Virus record (IMG/VR): IMGVR_UViG_3300035680_000003
Strand: one strand, 5' to 3'
Length of the DNA stretch: 64,000 bases
Origin: a virus
Taxonomy: Duplodnaviria; Heunggongvirae; Uroviricota; Caudoviricetes
Of this stretch, positions 38,987 through 48,776 are shown piece by piece. The notes under the pieces were generated by a model. It did not search any database. It saw only the letters and a list, made by a program, of their open reading frames with translations, and had not been told where the DNA came from. Position 1 is the stretch's first letter, and each line of letters starts with the position of its first letter. The position numbers and the translations under genes were made by a program.

Positions 38987-39454
38987 TTAATCTACACTCC
39001 TAAAAGTTCGCCAATCGTCTATGTTTGGCTTTTCATCTTCATCATATGTCCAACCCAAAGCCTTCATCATGCGATGCTTGACCAATAGGTTGGGGCTACG
39101 GAATCTACCTGTGTCTTCAAAGCCCATCATAACACCAACTTCGCAAACTGCACCACTGCGGCAAATACCCGCATAGCAGTGAACAACTACATTCATACGG
39201 TTGTCCTTTGCGTGTTGCAACAGTCGAACAAGCTCGTTAGCCTGCTCTTGACTACATTTCATTGCTTCTTCCAACACTTCGTCCTTGGCCTCTACGTCCA
39301 AAAACTCAAAGTTGTGTTGCTCTTTAAACTTGTGAGCAGGCACAGGGCGCCAGCTGGCCGGATCAACAATGCTGATCAGCATACTGTTCTCACCTGCCTC
39401 ATGATGAAACCTTGTGGGTATATCAGCGGCCGCTACGTTTTCAATCCATGGCAT
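38987..39454 (-). CDS. Cys-based protein/RNA phosphatase (dual-specificity PTP fold)
   Basis: VVHCYAGICRSGAV carries the HCx5R(S/T) P-loop. Confidence 0.7.
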   Translation of the reverse strand: MPWIENVAAADIPTRFHHEAGENSMLISIVDPASWRPVPAHKFKEQHNFEFLDVEAKDEVLEEAMKCSQEQANELVRLLQHAKDNRMNVVVHCYAGICRSGAVCEVGVMMGFEDTGRFRSPNLLVKHRMMKALGWTYDEDEKPNIDDWRTFRSVD

Positions 39455-39477
39455 TTTATTCTCCTGCGCATTATATA

Positions 39478-39506
39478 ATTATAGCATCACTTTACCATTT
39501 TGTCAA
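39478..39506 (-). promoter_or_regulatory. perfect sigma70 consensus promoter (TTGACA-17-TATAAT) upstream of the Cys-phosphatase / kinase array
   Basis: minus strand TTGACAaaatggtaaagtgatgcTATAAT; shares the ggtaaa..gc spacer core with the promoter at 37677. Confidence 0.65.
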
Positions 39507-39518
39507 GCCAGTAAATAA

Positions 39519-39735
39519 TGTTATGTCCACCCAAAAAACTCGCCTAGAAAAAAAAGCTGACGATATATTTGAGTTGCTGGATCATTATGTTTATCCCACA
39601 ACGGGCGAAACACTGGCAGCTCAAAAGGGTTTGATGGTAGGCTGGTTAGCTAGACTGGCAACTACTGACTGGACAGTTGCAGAAGAATTAGAAAGACGAT
39701 TACATCTTGCTCGGAAACAAAAAGGTAAAATTTGA
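39519..39735 (+). CDS. hypothetical protein (short form of track ORF 39412..39735)
   Basis: the internal Met avoids overlap with the phosphatase gene and its promoter. Confidence 0.25.
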
Positions 39736-39771
39736 ATTTTATACCCTCTAATTTTAGAAATAAATATAATT

Positions 39772-40323
39772 ATGAGATGTTTCTATAAATTAAAAATTAA
39801 TAATCTAGAATCTATACAGGCACACGCATTATCTAAAATATCTGAAGAAGATCTTAATTTGATGCCAACTAGATTATTTTATCCAGAATATAATTTTTTA
39901 GATGATCAAGATCTCTTATGTGCGTTAAATCAATACGGGTTGACAAATTATATACATAATGTTGCTCTTTTTGTTCTCAATTCAGGAGGCATAAGCCCTA
40001 TTCATGTCGACGGGGATAATGACTATAATTGGAGTTTAAATATACCTTTAAAAAATTGCAGATATACTCGAACTAATTTTTATCAATCTAATGAGGTTCC
40101 TGTTAAGAAAAAAAGTCCAAACAGTGATATAGAATACAGTATCTTTGATCCAAACTCTTGCACACTACTAGATTCTCTTCGATTATCTGATCCATTTTTA
40201 ATGAATGTGTCAGTTCCTCACAGCATATCTAATCTTACTTTTACAACAAGAGTTTCTATATGTATAAGAATAAAATCTACATTTGACATAGAAGCCGCTC
40301 TGTCAGAATGGGATTTAAAATAA
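39772..40323 (+). CDS. 2OG-Fe(II) oxygenase-fold protein, paralog family member 1
   Basis: PIHVDGDND (HxD) ... VPHSISNLTFTTRVS (H-x10-RxS). Confidence 0.5.
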   Translation: MRCFYKLKINNLESIQAHALSKISEEDLNLMPTRLFYPEYNFLDDQDLLCALNQYGLTNYIHNVALFVLNSGGISPIHVDGDNDYNWSLNIPLKNCRYTRTNFYQSNEVPVKKKSPNSDIEYSIFDPNSCTLLDSLRLSDPFLMNVSVPHSISNLTFTTRVSICIRIKSTFDIEAALSEWDLK

Positions 40324-40330
40324 CGAATTT

Positions 40331-40870
40331 CTACATAATAAATTTTTCAAATCTACTTAATGCATCCTGCCATTTGAAATATTTCGAATTGTGTAATGAT
40401 ACTTTTATACTAACACACCATCGAGGTGACGTTATATTTGATACGTTATGAGGAACACCGCTTTGAAATAAACACGCCCCTTGTAAGTTTACGGATTCGA
40501 TTAACTGCATTTTATCAATTTCGTAGTCTCTTTTCCAAGCTACACCATTGTGTTTCGGTAGTCCTGGATACTTATTAATTGATCTGTACCAGTTAACTAG
40601 ACTATCATTTGCATTTATATAAAAATTTAAATTTGTTTGATCGTAAACGTTATAGTTGTCTATATGAATCGGGGAAGACGTGCTTTCCCCACTATAATAA
40701 ATTATTAGGCCGTTTAGTCGAAAATCATCAATTTTCTTTAACAGTTCTAGCATATCTGGACTTAATATTTCTGTTATATGAGCAGTACCTAATTTCCATT
40801 GTTTTTCGCATACAAAAGATTCGCTAAGAAACGGTACAGGAAATGACAGTTTTTTAAAATAATCGCTCAT
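40331..40870 (-). CDS. 2OG-Fe(II) oxygenase-fold protein, paralog 2
   Basis: SPIHIDNYN ... GVPHNVSNITSPRW. Confidence 0.5.
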   Translation of the reverse strand: MSDYFKKLSFPVPFLSESFVCEKQWKLGTAHITEILSPDMLELLKKIDDFRLNGLIIYYSGESTSSPIHIDNYNVYDQTNLNFYINANDSLVNWYRSINKYPGLPKHNGVAWKRDYEIDKMQLIESVNLQGACLFQSGVPHNVSNITSPRWCVSIKVSLHNSKYFKWQDALSRFEKFIM

Positions 40871-40933
40871 TCAAATATTTACCACCTAATTATTAATCGA
40901 GCTTTCTAGGAGTAATAAGAGCAGATAAATATT

Positions 40934-41500
40934 TTGATGAAATATTATAAAAAAATAGAAATTGAAAACTTAGAGGTAATACAGAAAAAAGTTTTACAAT
41001 TTATTAAATTTAAACACCCCACTATATATTTTAGAAAAGTTGAGTCATCTTGGAACCATCTCGATGTTCCGAGTTTGTTGGCGGCATGCCCAGAACTTTC
41101 TGAGTCTTTCGGCAAATTGAATTTATCCTGCATTTTTGCGTCAATTCATATAATGTATGATAATACACATTCTGCTATACATACTGATATTACGCCCTGG
41201 AAAGCTAGAATTAACATTCCTATTTTAAATTGCAACGGAACATTTACTAAATTTTATACAGGTGAAAAGGTAGTAGAAGAAATTAGGACCATGGCAAATA
41301 ATAAAACGTTTAAGGTAGATGCAATTATAAATCCACTTGAATGTATTGAAGTAGACGCATACGAATTAACACAGCCGTTAATTCTTAAAACTTATATACC
41401 ACATAGGGTTTTTATGAATGAAACTTCGAGACCTAGAATAGCATTGTCAATTGGCTGCGATCCTGATCCATTCTATCAATATTTTTCGTCAGACGAATAA
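40934..41500 (+). CDS. 2OG-Fe(II) oxygenase-fold protein, paralog 3
   Basis: SAIHTDITP ... IPHRVFMNETSRPR. Confidence 0.5.
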   Translation: MMKYYKKIEIENLEVIQKKVLQFIKFKHPTIYFRKVESSWNHLDVPSLLAACPELSESFGKLNLSCIFASIHIMYDNTHSAIHTDITPWKARINIPILNCNGTFTKFYTGEKVVEEIRTMANNKTFKVDAIINPLECIEVDAYELTQPLILKTYIPHRVFMNETSRPRIALSIGCDPDPFYQYFSSDE

Positions 41501-42067
41501 ATCTGTAGTATCCACTACATCTTCAATATTTCTAAATTTAATAGGATGTAGTCCCCATCGCACGGTAAACATTATCCTTATATCATCATTAAAATTTTTA
41601 ACACCATGCATGACATCACCTTTAACAAAACAAGGCTTTGTTATCTCAAGGTCTTCGATAATTTCTAATTTAGAATTGTCTATAGGAGTTAGACCATGCA
41701 GGTAACTGCTTTGTACGGCACCCATGACTAGATTTTCTTTTGGACAATGATACCATAACATTTTTGTATTATGACAATTTAATACAGGAATATTTAATCC
41801 AAACGGTACTGTAATGAATGAACTATCAACATGAGGAGCTAGCTCAGCATGCCCCGGTGTAAAATAAAACCTAAGTAATCGAATTTGACTTTTACTCCTC
41901 GACTTTAGCCACCTCATTAATTTTGGACAATGTTCAGTCATATGCTCTTCACTGAACGTACATGCATGTAGGCCTTTAGATGCATAATCATAATTAATAG
42001 ATTTAATTAATTCGTGTTGAATCTCTTCAAAGTTGGGGATATGGATGTATCTATAAAGTTCTTGCAT
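41489..42067 (-). CDS. 2OG-Fe(II) oxygenase-fold protein, paralog 4
   Basis: APHVDSS ... VMHGVKNFNDDIR. Confidence 0.45.
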   Translation of the reverse strand: MQELYRYIHIPNFEEIQHELIKSINYDYASKGLHACTFSEEHMTEHCPKLMRWLKSRSKSQIRLLRFYFTPGHAELAPHVDSSFITVPFGLNIPVLNCHNTKMLWYHCPKENLVMGAVQSSYLHGLTPIDNSKLEIIEDLEITKPCFVKGDVMHGVKNFNDDIRIMFTVRWGLHPIKFRNIEDVVDTTDLFV

Positions 42068-42733
42068 ACTTCCAAATATTTAGTAATAAATACTTTACAA
42101 ACTTTAAAAATTATGCTACCTTCTATAACATTAAACCCTGATGATTATTATTATGCACTTAATCAGCCCTGTACAATCTTACCTCAACTATTAGAATATG
42201 TTCAAAGTGTAGAAGACTGGGAGGGATTAGATTGGCATACATTTTATTTAGATGTACCAAATAGGACTGCTTGTAATTTCGAATCAGATCCTGTAATTAA
42301 ATTTTTTCTAGATCAGGGATGGAGGTTAAACTTCACATGTATGCCCCCTAAGGGGCATTATCGATGGCATATCGATAATCAAGGAAATAGACAAACCGCA
42401 ATAAATTTAGCACTAAATGGTTTTGAAACAACTAAAGTTATGTGGCGACCAAATAGACCGTACGTGCGAAAAATGAATACAGAAATTATGGATATTCCCT
42501 ACACACCTGGTACGTATTTTGTATTTAATACACAAGAGGAACATTGTGTAACTAATTTCAGTAATGAAAATAGATATCTATTAAGCATTACACCAGATAA
42601 AAGATTTGCTGTTCCTGAGTATTTTGACGGAATTTATAAAAATGTAAGTCCTAGTCGATACGCTGAAATTCTAAAAGGTTACAAGCTAGCATTTAAAGAG
42701 GTCGTTAGCGAAGTTAAAGCACAAGGTTGGTAG
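42014..42733 (+). CDS. 2OG-Fe(II) oxygenase-fold protein, paralog 5
   Basis: WHIDNQGN ... EEHCVTNFSNENRY. Confidence 0.45.
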   Translation: MLNLFKVGDMDVSIKFLHTSKYLVINTLQTLKIMLPSITLNPDDYYYALNQPCTILPQLLEYVQSVEDWEGLDWHTFYLDVPNRTACNFESDPVIKFFLDQGWRLNFTCMPPKGHYRWHIDNQGNRQTAINLALNGFETTKVMWRPNRPYVRKMNTEIMDIPYTPGTYFVFNTQEEHCVTNFSNENRYLLSITPDKRFAVPEYFDGIYKNVSPSRYAEILKGYKLAFKEVVSEVKAQGW

Positions 42734-42745
42734 TAGATTTTAAAT

Positions 42746-43354
42746 TCAGTCTTTCCATCTAATAGTATTCCAATCAAACATAAAATTTAAGTTAAGTTGT
42801 TCGTACGCTATCCATTGTTTAGTGTACTGAATATTAAGAGGAAAATCAATTACATTAAAATTATTATAAAATAGATGATGTAATTGTCTAGGTGATCGAG
42901 TTTCACCTAATCTTTTTCTTTTAAATGTTTCTATCAAATTTTTATTATAGTCATTAAATGTGATAGCAATAGCTTTACAATTATTGTCTATTGCCCATTG
43001 TTTGTGCATTGGTAAAAAAAGTTCTCTAGGTAATCCTAAATGTCGGTAATCTTTTGTAACCCATGTTCTACATCCGCCTATGGCAACTTCATTGGAGAAT
43101 TCACTTCTATAAACTCCCGAACAGGCTACAATAGTTTCATTTTTTATCGCTAAGTGAAACGCTCCACTGGTTTCAAAATATCGATGCCTGTTGTATATTT
43201 GATGTATTAGTGTGTTAGATTTAGTATGCCAATCTTCTACCCACATATTGCTGTGTGCTAGCTGAGTAATTTCTTCTGATGCCTCTTGACAAAATTTAAA
43301 AAATAAACTTTTATCCTCTAACTCGTCATACCGAATAAGTGTTAGATCAGACAT
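42746..43354 (-). CDS. putative GNAT-fold acyltransferase
   Basis: IVACSGV...AIGGCRTWVTKDYRHLGLPRELF looks like GNAT motif A and CoA-binding core; weak. Confidence 0.3.
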   Translation of the reverse strand: MSDLTLIRYDELEDKSLFFKFCQEASEEITQLAHSNMWVEDWHTKSNTLIHQIYNRHRYFETSGAFHLAIKNETIVACSGVYRSEFSNEVAIGGCRTWVTKDYRHLGLPRELFLPMHKQWAIDNNCKAIAITFNDYNKNLIETFKRKRLGETRSPRQLHHLFYNNFNVIDFPLNIQYTKQWIAYEQLNLNFMFDWNTIRWKD

Positions 43355-43895
43355 TGCTAACTAAATCTTCAAAATTTGGATTACCGTGAAATCTCATAGT
43401 AAATACCCACCGATCTTCGAGTTGATTTGATTGTGCTGAATGCGGACAATCTACTCTTAATAGATGAGGGCTGTCAATTTCTAATTTAAAATCTTCTGTA
43501 TATGGTTCTTGCCACATAATTTCATGATAAACGTTGTTGGATAACATTACAAGAGATGTGCTGTATTTTCCTTTATACCAAATTTGGTAACTGTTTTTAC
43601 AACCTTTCAACGGAATGTTTATTGCAGATTTTATAATACCTTCTTCATTACCGTCTATATGAATACCTTGAAAACTATTCTTTGGTCTAATATAACTTAG
43701 ACAATAGCGAACAGGAGGTATATTATACCTAGCTAGGTCTGCATCAATTATATGCTTTAATTGATTGTTGAGCTCGTGTCTTATTTGTATTTGTCTATCT
43801 ACAGGAATTGAAGTATCTATCTTTTTCTCTATATCTAAAATTGCAAATTCTTTTATAAGATGTTCGCATGTTAAATGAATTTTTTTACAGTACAC
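43347..43895 (-). CDS. 2OG-Fe(II) oxygenase-fold protein, paralog 6
   Basis: GIHIDGNEEG ... CPHSAQSNQLEDRW. Confidence 0.5.
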   Translation of the reverse strand: MYCKKIHLTCEHLIKEFAILDIEKKIDTSIPVDRQIQIRHELNNQLKHIIDADLARYNIPPVRYCLSYIRPKNSFQGIHIDGNEEGIIKSAINIPLKGCKNSYQIWYKGKYSTSLVMLSNNVYHEIMWQEPYTEDFKLEIDSPHLLRVDCPHSAQSNQLEDRWVFTMRFHGNPNFEDLVSNV

Positions 43896-43960
43896 GATGT
43901 TTATCGTAAAATTTTGGAATATCTTTTATTTAACTCTCTGCAATTTTGTAATATAAATAT

Positions 43961-44587
43961 ATGAAACATATTATGATAGTAGCCACACCACTTAACCTTC
44001 CTACTGTAGTCCCTGACGATTGGTCTGTATTTTGGAATATTTGGAACAATTATGGAAAACCTATAGTTAAAACGCAACAAAACCATAAGGGATCTTATTC
44101 AAAAATTGGAGATACAGATGTCTGGAAAGGTTTAGATATCTATAAAAATAATTTATTTCGATCTGCATGGACTGCACCTTACTATGATATTCGAGAAGAA
44201 CTTCCCTTAATGTATCAAATGATTACAAAAATTCCTCTATTCTCTCTTGTCACTGGTGTTAGGGTTGTAGAAAGCCTAGGAAATATTCCGCCACACACTG
44301 ATGATAATATAGATCGATGGAACGTTAGAGCAATGTTGCATTATACTGATTCGAACCCTCAATGGTTTTTTACTAAACCGAATGATACAAAAACTGCTGT
44401 GTTGTTAACATTGCCAGAGTCCACTAATTGGTTTGCATATAACGATAAGTACACATGGCATGGGTCGAAGTATAACCCGGATCACCCTAAATTATTAATT
44501 CAAATGTTTGGAGTAGGATTTAAGAACAGTCAGTTCCTACAAAAAAGTGCAGAAATGTACAAAGAATATACAATATCATATGACTAA
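43961..44587 (+). CDS. 2OG-Fe(II) oxygenase-fold protein, paralog 7 (divergent)
   Basis: PPHTDDNID ... TWHGSKYNPDHPK. Confidence 0.4.
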   Translation: MKHIMIVATPLNLPTVVPDDWSVFWNIWNNYGKPIVKTQQNHKGSYSKIGDTDVWKGLDIYKNNLFRSAWTAPYYDIREELPLMYQMITKIPLFSLVTGVRVVESLGNIPPHTDDNIDRWNVRAMLHYTDSNPQWFFTKPNDTKTAVLLTLPESTNWFAYNDKYTWHGSKYNPDHPKLLIQMFGVGFKNSQFLQKSAEMYKEYTISYD

Positions 44588-45368
44588 TTTATTTCAAGCT
44601 AGTTCAACTACTGTTAGGTATTCTCATATTGTAGCAAGGTTAGCAATTATTATAGGTGCATTCTTTGTAACATTTAATTTACCCTTATTACTTGTGTCTG
44701 CTATTGCATATCATGTTTTACTATCTATCGGTATAAGCATAATGATGCATAGATACTTCAGCCATAAAAGTTTTGAATTTAAAAATAATATTGTCAGAAA
44801 AGTTTTTATTATAATTTCATTGCTTTCGTTGCGAGGAAGTCCAATAGCTTGGGCATACATCCATCGAGCACATCACGAACACGTAGATACCGAAGATGAT
44901 CCGCATACTCCTGTTGGTAGAAAATTTAACTTTTTTGGATTACTTGACAACAAAAATAAAGCTGATGATATTCAGATATTTAAAATTAGATCTATGATGA
45001 CCAAGGAGCACCTATTTATTAATCAATACTATTGGTTGATCTTAGCATGTTTGTTAGTACCTTTTGCATTTATTAATTTTACATTATTTTATTATACATG
45101 GCTAGTTCCTGTAGTTCTTGTACAATTTTCTATTAATTTACAAAACTATTTAGGACATATGTCAGGTATAGGTGCGTATAGGACTTACACTAATCCATCT
45201 AGCGGCAATAGTCAAAATAGTTTGTTATTGTGGCCTTTATATTTAGGTGAAGCGTGGCATAACAACCACCATGCACATGCTCGACATTATCACTACGGAA
45301 CTGAAATAAGTGGAAAGTGGTGGGAGATCGATCCCGGTGCAATGCTCATTAAGTTACTGAAAAAATGA
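44547..45368 (+). CDS. membrane acyl-lipid/acyl-CoA delta9-desaturase-like di-iron enzyme (DesC/SCD family)
   Basis: three His boxes HRYFSH, HRAHHEH and GEAWHNNHHAHARHY (compare HRLWSH, HRxHH and HNNHH); four hydrophobic segments. Confidence 0.75.
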   Translation: MQKCTKNIQYHMTNLFQASSTTVRYSHIVARLAIIIGAFFVTFNLPLLLVSAIAYHVLLSIGISIMMHRYFSHKSFEFKNNIVRKVFIIISLLSLRGSPIAWAYIHRAHHEHVDTEDDPHTPVGRKFNFFGLLDNKNKADDIQIFKIRSMMTKEHLFINQYYWLILACLLVPFAFINFTLFYYTWLVPVVLVQFSINLQNYLGHMSGIGAYRTYTNPSSGNSQNSLLLWPLYLGEAWHNNHHAHARHYHYGTEISGKWWEIDPGAMLIKLLKK

Positions 45369-45925
45369 TACGATTTTTAACAATGGATGACTTGCCGGAT
45401 TGCATGAAAATTGCACCATTAAAAAATAGAACCGGTGGCACTGTTCCATTAACACTCGAAGGATTTTTAGGTGCCTTTGAAAAATATTTCCAGGATGATG
45501 AATTTTGCCGTGTGATTGGATACTTTGAAAATAATGAACTTGTTAGTTTTGTATGTATCAGAATGTTCGAAACTACGATGAGAGGAAAATTTTGGGTTAT
45601 TTCGGGATTATATACTAAGAATTTTAAAAGTTATTTTAGCTTTAACCATTCAGGAATAGGCGAATTAATTAAATTTGCATTCGATTATGCTGAATCACGA
45701 GGTTGGTATGAATATTATTATTGCACTGCCGAACGTGTAATAAATGTATATGAAAGACAATGGAAACGATCACACTCTCATAGATACGAACATATATTGT
45801 TAGACGTTGTTCCACCTAATACAAAACCATTTTATGAATTGCACTGGAGACTAATGGGGCAAGAAGTTAAACCTGTCCCAATGATTGTTAAAAAGCGAGC
45901 GTTAAAACAAGAATTTAGAAAATAA
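45365..45925 (+). CDS. putative GNAT-fold acyltransferase (second)
   Basis: VSFVCIR...GIGELIKFAFDYAESRGWYEYY resembles the GNAT core; weak. Confidence 0.3.
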   Translation: MIRFLTMDDLPDCMKIAPLKNRTGGTVPLTLEGFLGAFEKYFQDDEFCRVIGYFENNELVSFVCIRMFETTMRGKFWVISGLYTKNFKSYFSFNHSGIGELIKFAFDYAESRGWYEYYYCTAERVINVYERQWKRSHSHRYEHILLDVVPPNTKPFYELHWRLMGQEVKPVPMIVKKRALKQEFRK

Positions 45926-45971
45926 AAATCAGTTATTTTATCCTATAAATATAATGCTCATAGGAAACTAA

Positions 45972-46748
45972 ATGAACACAGCATTTTTATCTAGCAGCAC
46001 TAGGGGTGCTCAACTATTCTTGATATTAAATTTAATAGGTACTTTCGGTGCTGTCTGGTTGTACGGATTAAATTTTAATTCTTTTATGATGGTACTAGTG
46101 GGATACTTTTTATATGGTTGTTTAGGTATCGTCGTAACTTATCACAGAAATCTTTCTCACAATAGTTATAGAACACATCCGATCATTGTAAAGATATTTT
46201 CATTATTAGGATGCTTTGCAGGGACCGGCAGTCCACTTGCATGGGTGGCCATTCATATCAATCATCACTTAAAGAGTGACAAGCCTACTGATCCGCATAG
46301 TCCGTTATACAAAGGGGTAAAGATCTTTATGATGGATTATATAAATGAAGTTGATAAAGATACAAAATGGAGAATGAGGGCATTAGTCACTGACAGATTC
46401 CAGCAATTCCTACATAGATATTATTTTGCAATCATTGCAACCTATAGCCTTGTACTATTTTTAATAGGAGGATTTTGGTTGATGGTATTTTTTCATTGGG
46501 CGCCTGCTGCAATGACCGCCCTTATGAGTAATGTTGTTAATTATGTGGGACACAAACCAAGTTGGTGGGGTGGATATAGAACACACAATCTAAATGATCA
46601 AAGTACAAATAATTGGCTATGGGCTATTCCTAGTTGGGGGGAAGCGTGGCACAACAATCATCATAGATATCCTAGGAATTTTAGTTTTGGAAACAAGTGG
46701 TGGGAGATTGATATTTCGGCACTTGTAATTAGATTGATTAAAATTTAA
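45972..46748 (+). CDS. membrane delta9-desaturase-like di-iron enzyme (second copy)
   Basis: HRNLSH, HINHHLKSD and GEAWHNNHHRYPRNF His boxes; paralog of 44547..45368. Confidence 0.75.
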   Translation: MNTAFLSSSTRGAQLFLILNLIGTFGAVWLYGLNFNSFMMVLVGYFLYGCLGIVVTYHRNLSHNSYRTHPIIVKIFSLLGCFAGTGSPLAWVAIHINHHLKSDKPTDPHSPLYKGVKIFMMDYINEVDKDTKWRMRALVTDRFQQFLHRYYFAIIATYSLVLFLIGGFWLMVFFHWAPAAMTALMSNVVNYVGHKPSWWGGYRTHNLNDQSTNNWLWAIPSWGEAWHNNHHRYPRNFSFGNKWWEIDISALVIRLIKI

Positions 46749-47620
46749 TGAAATTTAATAGCAAACATCCAATTGTGGCTATGCCCATGAATGGAGTATC
46801 CAATGTTGACTTAGCTATTGCTGTAACTCAAGCGGGTGCTGTACCTAGTTTGTCAATCTTTAATTATTATGAAGGTGGAAAAGTAAATCTAAAGCATGTA
46901 GATGCCAGTTTAAAAAGGTTTACAGATGCAACCAGTTCTACAGAAATAATTTTAAGTATGCACTGGGAACATTTTATATGGACTCCTGTTATAGATGTTC
47001 TATTAGAAAATAATATAAAATTAGTTGAACTTTTTATTAGACCATCAGATCATCATTTGTGGCCTGAATTATCTAAACAGATCGACAATATGAAGGTACA
47101 CGGTATAGCTGTAATGTTTAAAACTTCTAATCGGCTACCTATGTCCTATTTTGATTCGATAGTATTGAAAGGTCCTCAGGCTGCTGGGAGATCATTCGGT
47201 AGTCTAGTATCATTAGAAGATCGATATGATGCTATGAAAGAACAAGTAGGATCAAGAATCATTCCAAGCGGTGGTATTGGCAGTCCTGAACAGGTAAAAT
47301 ATTTTATGGACAGAGAAGCATTAGCTGTGGGTATTGGCACACTACTTGCAGCATCTGAAGAAAGTTGTGTGTCAAGCGATACTAAACAAAAAATTATAGA
47401 GTCCACATCAAAAGATATCAAATTAATAGGTCCGTTAAATTGCAGAGGGCTGTTATTTTCTAGACTAGAAAATGACGACGATAACAATTCCAAATCTCTA
47501 TATGAGGGTATCAAGGGAACTAATTCCGGATGCATCTATGTAGGCAACGGAATAGACTATATAAACAAAATAATGCCAGTAAAAGATATAATAGAGTGGT
47601 TAGTTAAAGATGTTAATTAA
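46748..47620 (+). CDS. nitronate monooxygenase / FabK-like FMN TIM-barrel oxidoreductase
   Basis: PIVAMPMNGVSNVDLAIAVTQAGAV resembles the NMO/FabK N-terminus (PIIQAPMAGVS..LAAAVSNAGGLG); Gly-rich IPSGGIGSPEQV later. Confidence 0.5.
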   Translation: MKFNSKHPIVAMPMNGVSNVDLAIAVTQAGAVPSLSIFNYYEGGKVNLKHVDASLKRFTDATSSTEIILSMHWEHFIWTPVIDVLLENNIKLVELFIRPSDHHLWPELSKQIDNMKVHGIAVMFKTSNRLPMSYFDSIVLKGPQAAGRSFGSLVSLEDRYDAMKEQVGSRIIPSGGIGSPEQVKYFMDREALAVGIGTLLAASEESCVSSDTKQKIIESTSKDIKLIGPLNCRGLLFSRLENDDDNNSKSLYEGIKGTNSGCIYVGNGIDYINKIMPVKDIIEWLVKDVN

Positions 47621-48776
47621 TAAGTTACTGGGCTATTATACATGTGACGGTTTAGAATTTGAATCAAAAATTCAAGCATGTTTTCATTCTCTTAAAGTCA
47701 ACAAGCCAGTTGACTGGGTCTTTAATGATTTAGAATTTAGCATACACGACTGGACTAAAGAACCAGAAGAAACATTAGACCAATTATATGATAAACGAGT
47801 GAGAGATCTGCGAGCAAAATACGATTATCTTATTTTAAGTTACAGCGGCGGCGCTGATAGCCATCAAATTTTAATGAGTTTTATTAGACAAGGTATACAC
47901 TTAGATGAGCTGCTAATCAACACAATGGAAAAAGGTTGGAAACCTTATACTAGTTTAGATCCTAGAAATGTTTCTAGTTTGAATTCAGGGGCCGAGCATT
48001 ACCTACAAACTATTCCAAGACTAAAAGAAGTAGAGCAGTTTATTCCAAAAACAAAGATTACAATCTGTGATCTAACTGATCAAGTTAACGATTCATTATT
48101 GTCAGTAGGTGATGCAAGCTGGGTATTGCAAAAAAGAGAAGCATTGAATCCTATAGGAATTACTCGATTTAACTATGTATACTTTGATGAAGTTCGTAGA
48201 CTGTTTGATAAAGAGAAGAAGATAGGTATTATACTTGGAGTAGAAAAACCTAAAAGCATTATCCATGAAGGTCAATTTTGGATGAGATTCAATGATCGAT
48301 CAGCTAACATGGTTACAATTGTCGATCACATAAAAGATTACGACAACAGTGTTATTGAATATTTTTACTGGAGCCCTGAGTGTGTGCCATTATTAATCAA
48401 ACAAGGACATGTGATAAAAAGATGGCTAGAATTAAATCCTAATTATCAGCAATACTGGAACACTAAAACTTCTAGTTATGCTTCTGTAAGATTTTGGCAT
48501 GAGAGATTATTAAGAAAAGTTATGTATCCGACAACTTGGAATAATTCTTGGTTTCAAGTGCATAAAGCAACAAAAGATTGGTATAGCGAATTTGACAATT
48601 GGTTCATCGAAGGAAGCGTTAAAACAAAAGCCAATGTCATATGGCATGAGGGCATTGATTATGTTAGGAATTCTTTAACTCCATTTTTGAGATACGATTT
48701 AGAAACAAATCAACCAGACGGATTACAATCCTTTGTTAAACAATATTTAATTGGTAGAGTTGAAACACGGTCTTAA
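47610..48776 (+). CDS. PP-loop ATP pyrophosphatase superfamily protein (388 aa)
   Basis: LILSYSGGADSHQIL SGGxDS motif about 85 aa from the N-terminus. Confidence 0.5.
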   Translation: MLINKLLGYYTCDGLEFESKIQACFHSLKVNKPVDWVFNDLEFSIHDWTKEPEETLDQLYDKRVRDLRAKYDYLILSYSGGADSHQILMSFIRQGIHLDELLINTMEKGWKPYTSLDPRNVSSLNSGAEHYLQTIPRLKEVEQFIPKTKITICDLTDQVNDSLLSVGDASWVLQKREALNPIGITRFNYVYFDEVRRLFDKEKKIGIILGVEKPKSIIHEGQFWMRFNDRSANMVTIVDHIKDYDNSVIEYFYWSPECVPLLIKQGHVIKRWLELNPNYQQYWNTKTSSYASVRFWHERLLRKVMYPTTWNNSWFQVHKATKDWYSEFDNWFIEGSVKTKANVIWHEGIDYVRNSLTPFLRYDLETNQPDGLQSFVKQYLIGRVETRS

